Below, one piece after another: positions 46,126 to 53,051 of a stretch of DNA of 53,051 bases (positions are counted from its first letter, which is position 1; each line of letters starts with the position of its first letter). Under the pieces are notes generated by a model. That model searched no databases and was not told the origin of the DNA. It was given only the letters and a program-made list of their open reading frames with translations. The DNA is taken from NCBI GenBank assembly GCA_003427395.1, contig BFEA01000012.1, positions 4,487,762 to 4,540,812 on the forward strand, read 5' to 3'. The DNA comes from Chara braunii (taxonomy: Eukaryota; Plantae; Charophyceae). The position numbers were made by a program, and so were the translations under genes.

Positions 46126-47190
46126 CTCTCTCTCTCTCACACACACACATAGCCTGCCAGTAGCTTCTTCCCCGTGCGTGGCTCTTCCCGTGTGCACTGA
46201 TTGGTTCCTTCCCGGTGCAGCCCTCGTGCGCTTCGGGTGCATGACCTTACCTGTTACCTGTTCGCTCCTGCGTTCCAAACGCTCCCTCCGCCCGGAAACC
46301 AGTCCGCGAGGGATCAACACACTCCCGTGCGCCAGCTCGTGCTTCCTTCCCGTGCGCAGGTGAGAGTCCCCCGAGAATGAGCCCTCTTGGGCTTGTAAAG
46401 TTTGCTGGTCCCACTGTACCAGCTCCCAGCAGCCAGCTCTCCCCCGCCGTCGGCCGATCAGTGTCGGGAACTTTGCAGCGCCCTGGTACCGGGCCTATGC
46501 CCGAGCCTGTTTGGGCCCCGGAAAGGTCTTTGTCGAGGAGAGCCTTTTTGTCGAGAACCGGACCTTTTGCAGCGCCCCGGTACCGGACCTATCTCGGCCT
46601 TGGTGGTCCCCACTCATAAGTGGTACCAGCCCCCCTTGTGAAAGTCACGCAGGCCCGCCCAAAACTCTAGGTCGTGAGGTCCATTTCTGAGCCTTAGGCC
46701 CGTACCCTTCTCCTCTTAGTGTCGAGGCCCCTGCGTAGGCCATATCCCCACCACTTGTTCACGCAGGGTGTTCTTGAGAATTCGGTCACTCGAGGCAACT
46801 TCGGGCACTGCCGCCGCTTAAGATGTCCGTAGCCTCACGATAAACGCCCGACGCCTCCATTCCCTCGACTATTCCGCCGACCTTTAGTATCATTCCGACC
46901 TTTCGAGGCCGGGCCCCCTTGTCCGACCCCTCGGCAGTTGTCCGTTGTGGTAGCCTCTTTGCGTTCGTTTGTAGCTTATGTCTTAGCCTCTCTCCGCGAA
47001 GATACCACTGTTCAACGCTCAAGCCCTGCTCGAACTGAACGTCGTAGCCCGACCACTCGTTCCGTCAACCTGTCGCGGCATTTTCCCATGGCNGGTGAGC
47101 CCCTGCCAGGTAGAAACCAACAAATGCGAACCTCGTTGTGCGCCCTTGTAAAGGAAGNAAAGGGCGGCGTANGGCTGGAGCCGCCCGACA

Positions 47191-47204
47191 NCAGCCCCCC
47201 CCCC
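47191..47204 (-). other. Polypurine tract
   Basis: G10 run on the minus strand just upstream of the 3' LTR start. Confidence 0.75.
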
Positions 47205-47494
47205 ATTCTCGACGTCCCCGACGAGCGATCTTGGAGTATCGTCTGTTTATCGAGAAGGAAAAATTTAATCGGCTGACACCTAATCTGTACCCGATCAACC
47301 CCAAGAGACATATCNCTCTCATAATTTTCTTTCTTCTTTTANCTCTTCCTACCNCTCTTTCCACCATCGCTTNTTTTAGCTTTCCGCTTTTTATCCCTAG
47401 CTCGTCCTTTCAACCACTCCCACGTTGCCAGATTCGAGCGAACTTTGGTTTTGTCTCGCCACTTGTGGAAGTAAAATTTTCTTTTGCTCATACG

Positions 47495-48742
47495 CTAAGT
47501 CGGCAGGATCAGTTTGATAAATGTTAAAGTACCTCCTTCTTCGAACATCGGACCTCCGAACTTCCGAGTTTTACCTCCCCCGTTTACGAACATCCTTCTC
47601 CTCCTTGCACCCATTCTCCACCCAACCAGTAAGGCTTGAAAGAGTATAGGAAAGACATCGCATGACAGATCGCAGGACAGGCTTGTACGGACCCACAAGG
47701 AGCTCGCGCCACCATAAAGATCAAACGTAATGAGACGATCAGCCATGCTNAGTAAGATGCCGACATTAAAGCTGCAGTCGTAGCACCNACAACGGAAAGT
47801 ACGAGCATAAGTTGACGTNAGGATGATCAGTAAGAGAAAAAGGAGGCGCAAGTCTTCATTCCAGCCTCGCACTCTTATCCCAAGCTGAAATTTTGCGACC
47901 CNATTTCCAGTCTTAATCGAATCATTATCGTCAATAACGGATTTCTTCACTTGAAACCCTTCCNTGAGTTCTGACAGTTCCTTAAATTCTCTCGACGTGC
48001 TTTTAAGATGGTCTGCATCCTCAATAAACTTAACTTCCACAATGGTCTTTCCTCCGCCTTCTTGGTCAGATGAAAGTCGAATCTCATTGTCTTGTCCTTC
48101 CAAGAGGTTCCCGTCTAATTNTCCTTCAACACTCANCGTCGTGCATTGATTCATTATGAAATCTTCAATATTTTTCATAGTTACCAGCTTTTGGCTCTTA
48201 AAACTATACCCGACATCGTTTTCGGACGTATCGATGGTCTCCAANAGTTGGGCAAGATCATAGTCGACATCGGAGTCGAGGGTCTCAAACAGTTGTGCAA
48301 GCTCATAGCCGTCGTCCGGCTCGACAGTCTCCAACAGTNGGGTAAGNCNATAGTCGATACCCGGTTCGGAGGCCTCAAAGAGTTGAGCTAAGTCATAATC
48401 GTCAACATGTTCGATGGTCCCAAATAGTTGCACCAGCTCATAGCTGACGTCCGACTCGACGGTCTCAAAAGGATGAGCCAGCTTGTAGCCGACATCTGGG
48501 CCAACAGACTCAAATGGTTGGGCAAGCTCACAAACCATGTCCAAATCGGGGGTCTCAAACAGTTGAACCAACTCATAGCTAAGATCTGGCTTGATGGTCT
48601 CAGAAAGTTGAGCCAGATCATAGCTGATATCCGGCTCTACACACTTAAACGCTGGGGCAAACTCATAGCTTGTGTCTGAGTCCTCTGCCCTCTTGTTTTG
48701 AGTATCGCCAATTTTTTTCAAGCCTCTGCATTCTTCAATCAT
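47495..48742 (-). CDS. Retroelement internal ORF with ~10 acidic 15-aa repeats (consensus approx. EPDVSYELAQLFETV), unknown function
   Basis: 415-codon open frame; 45-bp repeat units at ~48230-48680; no protease, RT or integrase motifs seen; contains ambiguous bases and a non-ATG start. Confidence 0.5.
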   Translation of the reverse strand: MIEECRGLKKIGDTQNKRAEDSDTSYEFAPAFKCVEPDISYDLAQLSETIKPDLSYELVQLFETPDLDMVCELAQPFESVGPDVGYKLAHPFETVESDVSYELVQLFGTIEHVDDYDLAQLFEASEPGIDYXLTXLLETVEPDDGYELAQLFETLDSDVDYDLAQXLETIDTSENDVGYSFKSQKLVTMKNIEDFIMNQCTTXSVEGXLDGNLLEGQDNEIRLSSDQEGGGKTIVEVKFIEDADHLKSTSREFKELSELXEGFQVKKSVIDDNDSIKTGNXVAKFQLGIRVRGWNEDLRLLFLLLIIXTSTYARTFRCXCYDCSFNVGILXSMADRLITFDLYGGASSLWVRTSLSCDLSCDVFPILFQALLVGWRMGARRRRMFVNGGGKTRKFGGPMFEEGGTLTFIKLILPT

Positions 48743-49268
48743 TGGTATCTCTTCCTGTGTCGTGGTTCGATCTACCCACGTTTCCTAAACAACCTTCGGC
48801 CCTTCGCCCCTCGGCGAGACTTTAATATCAAGGTTAGTATTATCGGCTCCATTTTCTTCTGCTTCCTCACTCATTTTCTCANCACATACCGGAGCTGCAT
48901 CAGAATCTTTCTGGCAACTCTCGAACCGAATACTCGAAACCCCAACCGTCAGACTATCATTCGGGTCTGGGTCCTCCTCAAACTGGACACTAGATACCCA
49001 GAACTCTCCCTACTCTGACTCTTCCGCTGTCCTTACTACATTGCTAGTACCCATCTCGGTGGAAGTTCGACAGCGTATATCTTCCTCCTCATTCTCATTT
49101 GTATTCCGGTCCTCCTCAAACGGAGTCAAACCTGATACTCGACACCCAGATTTCTCCTTGAATTTTCTGAATCACCTCCTGGGTTGTTCTTGTTTTAACG
49201 TCAGTATTCATCTTCGTAGAAGGTCCGCATGATATATCTTTCTTGTCATTCGCACATTCGATCTTTCT

Positions 49269-50483
49269 TCACTCATCCAGCTCGATGGTTTTCCCAGAGT
49301 CTTTTTCTCGTCTGTCCTGAGGTCCTTGTTGTAAGGGAATCTTCAACGATTCCACACTCCTTTGAGGTGGGACATTCTTCATTCTCTTCACCCTTTCTCG
49401 TTCGGCCCTTAGGGCTTCAATCTCCTCGACCGTTTCCCATCCTTCCCTATATGATCTCCTTCGCTCTTTCTCTTCTTCTCTACTTCTCCAACGCCTATCT
49501 CGAAATCCCCTATCGTCATCCTTCTTCCAGTTGCTGCGGTTTCTTCCTTTCCATTCCCCTCTATCTCTACTTACTTTACCTTTTTCAGGCGGCATGAACT
49601 CTCTTCCGTCCTCATCACCGAATTGTTTTTCTAAATGACTTTCGGGTTCTCCTTTCCCTAGTTTCTCCAACACCCCAAGTAGATGAGCTTTGGCATCCAG
49701 TCCCCCAGTCTGCAAAGCCAATGCCCTTGTCTGAGCGAACGTCACCCATTTATTAGGCATGTTCTCCATAACAAACTTTCTTCTCTCGATAGGCAGAGTC
49801 CCTATGAATATGCCGCATCGTTCTATCTCACCGAGAAACTCATTTTCTATCAATGGTTCAGATGCCCTCTCAAAGCATCACGCAAATGTCACTAATGTCT
49901 CTCCTTCCTCCTTCTTCATCTCCTTTAAGTCCTCGACCGAGTAGGAGATATCNTCGCATGCAAAAGCTCGAGANAATCGTTCTCTGAAAGTTGCCCACCT
50001 CCAATCCTCNGGTATAGCAGCACGCACGTCTTTGTCTAGTTTGAGATCAGTATGATTAATGAATCCCATTATCGCTTCCCGATCAGTCCATCCCGCTCTC
50101 AAGGCATAAACTTCCCAGTCGTTCATGAATTCTGTTACCCGATGTCCCGTGAAATATAAAGGCTGACCGAAGTAGGGTGGTTGGTAAAACAAAGGACTGC
50201 ACAACGGTCCGCACGCCATAGCATATGGACTTGGTCTGCATNGTGNNTCACATCGTCCTTTTCGCCAAGTCTCGCCCCCAGGGATTCCTACTNCGGTTGN
50301 CGCCTTTACATGAGGAGGTCTGCTCTCAAATTCACTATCCCACCTTTCTCCTCCATCAGAATTCTCCACCGCCATCTTTCTCTCAGGAATATTAAGCTCA
50401 CTCCTCATCTCCGAAAGATAAACCTTCTCCATAACTTCCCGACGCTCCTTTTTCAACCCTCCATTAACCTTACTAATCAACAA
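49269..50483 (-). pseudogene. gag: Gag-like ORF interrupted by one in-frame TGA (49878-49880)
   Basis: PLYFTGHRVTEFMNDWEVYA...W...WATFRER..RAF....LKEMKKEEGETLVTFA resembles the retrotransposon gag capsid pattern; ORFs 49878-50483 and 49269-49853 share a frame. Confidence 0.75.
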
Positions 50484-51309
50484 GGAGATGAAAGGTTACT
50501 CTCTCAGACGCTGTGTAGCCCAGCCCGACTGATGAGCTCATAGATCCCCACGACAGGCCTCCACTGCACCCGCCTATATCCCTGACGACGTCAACAGGCC
50601 TAGAAGAGAACCGCCCTCTGGCGTATCTCCTCCTACCCTCATGTCGAAAGAGAGGCTGATCCCATGTCGCCATCATCGCTGGCCTACCGATCCCGAGAGC
50701 AATCCCTTGACCCGAGCTGGCCAACTCGTGCATCATAGGGTCGGACCGAAGTCACATGCTCACGGAACGACGGTATTTCCCTCGTGCAATCCTATCCGGC
50801 ACCATGTCTCAACTCGGCCCACCTCAAACATGGATTTACCCGGGACGCTTTCCCCCGACACTATATAATGTCCTAATCAGACCTCCTGCTAGCAATCGGA
50901 TCAACTAGCCTGTCTATTTCCCCCAACTCCTTGCGATCCGGGGCGCTTCTCCCCTCCCCTTCAGTCCCTCCAGTTCTTCCCCAGCTTACAATTTTCACTC
51001 AAAGAGATCTGAATCAGGTGGACTGACAAAGGGTAGGGAAATCAGAAGACAATCCCCCTCCAATCACAAGAGCATGCCAGAGGAATTTCATGCAGAAAAT
51101 AGAAATGCAGAAATTGCAATACTCAGAATACCTCACCGGGGTATCGAGATGGGTCGGATTGCCAGTCGTCGCCGCACTCTCGCCTCAACACACCCTGACA
51201 TTTCCAAGAGAAACAATATCGACGTCAGTAATGGAGTTGAGCGCCTCGATCACCAACGCCTTCCTCGCCTCTGCGGTTACAGGCGGACCGAAGTCCCGAG
51301 AGGCAGCCT

Positions 51310-51327
51310 TCCCCAGCAACGGCGCCA
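51310..51327 (-). other. Primer-binding site complementary to the tRNA-Asp 3' end
   Basis: TGGCGCCGTTGCTGGGGA, 1 nt from the LTR end; 17/18 match to the plant tRNA-Asp complement TGGCGCCGTTGCCGGGGA. Confidence 0.9.
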
Positions 51328-51328
51328 C

Positions 51329-52729
51329 TGTCGACCAGTAGAAGGGGTCTGCCGTCACGCCAACCAAACCCTATACCTCGCGCCGTGTCTGTCACCCACA
51401 GGAGGGTCGATCGAGGCTCCTGTGACCTGCAAGAAATCAGTATCCCCAAAATACGCTGATACCGCAATATAAGGCAAGCAACTGTTGACGGTGAAACAAA
51501 TTGTAGAAATGATCGAAATGCGTGTTTTGATTTAATTCAGAATAGTATGAAAGTTCGCACTGCGATCAGGCTCTGGGTCTCGTTCATAGTACGAGTCTGT
51601 AAAATACGTTTGAGTCCCAACGGAACCCGGCCCCGGCAGAGGCGATACCTTGGTTCGCCCGGGTGCGCGACTAGGACCTGTCCCGGGTCTAGATCCAGTC
51701 TGGTCTGGCCTGATCCGGCCGGTCTGATCCCGTCTAGTCTGTCCTGTGTCCGGTCTGGTCTGATCTGATCTGATCTGGTCGGACCCGGTCTGATACGTCC
51801 TGGTTGGGTCTGATCTGGTCTGTTGCGATGCTCTCTGGTCTGGTCTGAACTGGTCTGATCTGATCTGGTCTGGGTCTGGTCGGATTCTGATCTGGTTCTA
51901 ATCTGGTCTGGTCTGGATCTGGTCCAGTCTGTTCGGATCTGGTCTACTTTGGCCTGGTGGTCCGGTAGGGGGGGCTTTCGAGTCCGACTGCGGCTCGGCG
52001 TGCACATCCTTTGTTCATCCGCTCTTGAATCTCCTCACTTTGGCATTCCCAACACGGAGCAGAAACCACATTGCTTCAACATCCGTTGACACCTCTCTAG
52101 TCACCTTGCAGAGTTGAATTGCAATTAAGCTCAACAGAGCTTCTTTCCCTGCCGATTCTCGCAAGCCCCTTCATTTAGCTGTTGTTATTGCGGGAAAGAC
52201 AGTGGAAACCTCGTCGGCTCGTTTATGCGCGTCACTAATCAGGTGACGGGGCATTAGCCCTTCCCCTTGAATGTGGTAGGTAGGGACAACAGTTGTGGCT
52301 TCCAGAGACGGTAGATGTAATAGTAGGAATCTTGTTTGTCCAATCATGCGTGTCACCAGTTAGACGACGGGGCGTTGGCTTCTTCGCCGTCGGTTCCTCC
52401 CTGCAAGATTCCCCGGCTGGAACTTCGCGTGATGATAGGACAATAGAAATCTCGTTAATCCAATCGTACGCGCCGCTAATTAGATGACAAAGCCTTAGAC
52501 TTCTTTTCCCGCGTATTCTTCCAGATCCATTCCCTCGGCTGTGGGATTGTAGACACGAACAGTAGAAACCTCACCCCTCCAATCATAGGTGTCACTAATT
52601 AGATGATGTGGCATTGGCGATCTCATGAGAGTCATAGTTACTCCTGTCGTTTACCCGCGCTGAGTTGAATCTCCTCACTTTGGTCTGTTGAGCGTCGGGG
52701 AGAATCTCATTACATCCACACCCGTCAAG

Positions 52730-52819
<90 letters not shown>

Positions 52820-53051
52820 GTGCACGCGTGCGTGCTGTCCGATTCGCCCTCGCCGCTCGTTCCTCTTACTCGGCAGCTCTTCTGCTGTTTGCGCAGTAGT
52901 GCCTTTCCACACAACAGCTTCTCCCGCGCAGAACTTCACGCAACTTCGTTCCGACTCTGTGGGCAGATCCACTCTTACCTCGCCGCAACTTCTCTCTCTC
53001 CTCGCGTGCACTCCCCGTGCGTTCACACCAGCTTGGTTATGATTGAATCTG
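51329..53051 (-). repeat. 5' LTR (partial, continues beyond the window), including the 28S-derived array at ~52025-52720
   Basis: Aligns with 42388 onwards; adjacent to the PBS. Confidence 0.9.

Larger units (their letters stand above)
42388..47190 (-). repeat. 3' LTR (~4.8 kb including gap 44455-45024 and an artefactual duplication)
   Basis: TGTCG at 42388 ... CCGACA at 47190, abutting the PPT; the first ~1.9 kb aligns with 51329-53051. Confidence 0.8.
42388..53051 (-). mobile_element. Non-autonomous gag-only LTR retrotransposon (Ty3/Gypsy-like), extending beyond the window
   Basis: Direct repeats start TGTCGACC at 42388 and 51329; tRNA-Asp PBS; G-run PPT; gag-like frame; no pol between the LTRs. 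Confidence 0.88.

Overview
Gene-free, repeat-dense eukaryotic region from the plant/green-algal lineage (plant-type U6 sequence, tRNA-Asp primer-binding site; the style resembles a charophyte such as Chara, which is inference only). It is a draft assembly with three N gaps and an embedded Nextera mate-pair adapter. No intact host gene is evident; the window is a nest of mobile elements. (1) A family of non-coding elements with TGTCG...CGACA termini inserted mostly at 4-bp NCGN targets: A 6881-17006 (-), F 19692-21180, D from 27941, B 29434-36780, E 36831-37476, C from 37854. They carry a near-invariant 18-bp subterminal palindrome, decayed host ncRNA pieces (tRNA-Glu-like, 28S rRNA in both orientations, U6 snRNA, probably the 18S 3' end) and an array of hairpins with a constant ~19-nt loop on changing stems. 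(2) A minus-strand, gag-only LTR retroelement (42388 to beyond the window end) whose ~4.8-kb LTRs contain tandem copies of the 28S rRNA segment around the R2/I-PpoI site. (3) Non-autonomous DNA elements with 8-bp TSDs and asymmetric GAG...TG ends. (4) A decayed AT-rich coding block at ~23.4-27.7 kb of unknown, possibly viral, origin. All alignments were done by eye, and ncRNA reference sequences are quoted from memory.
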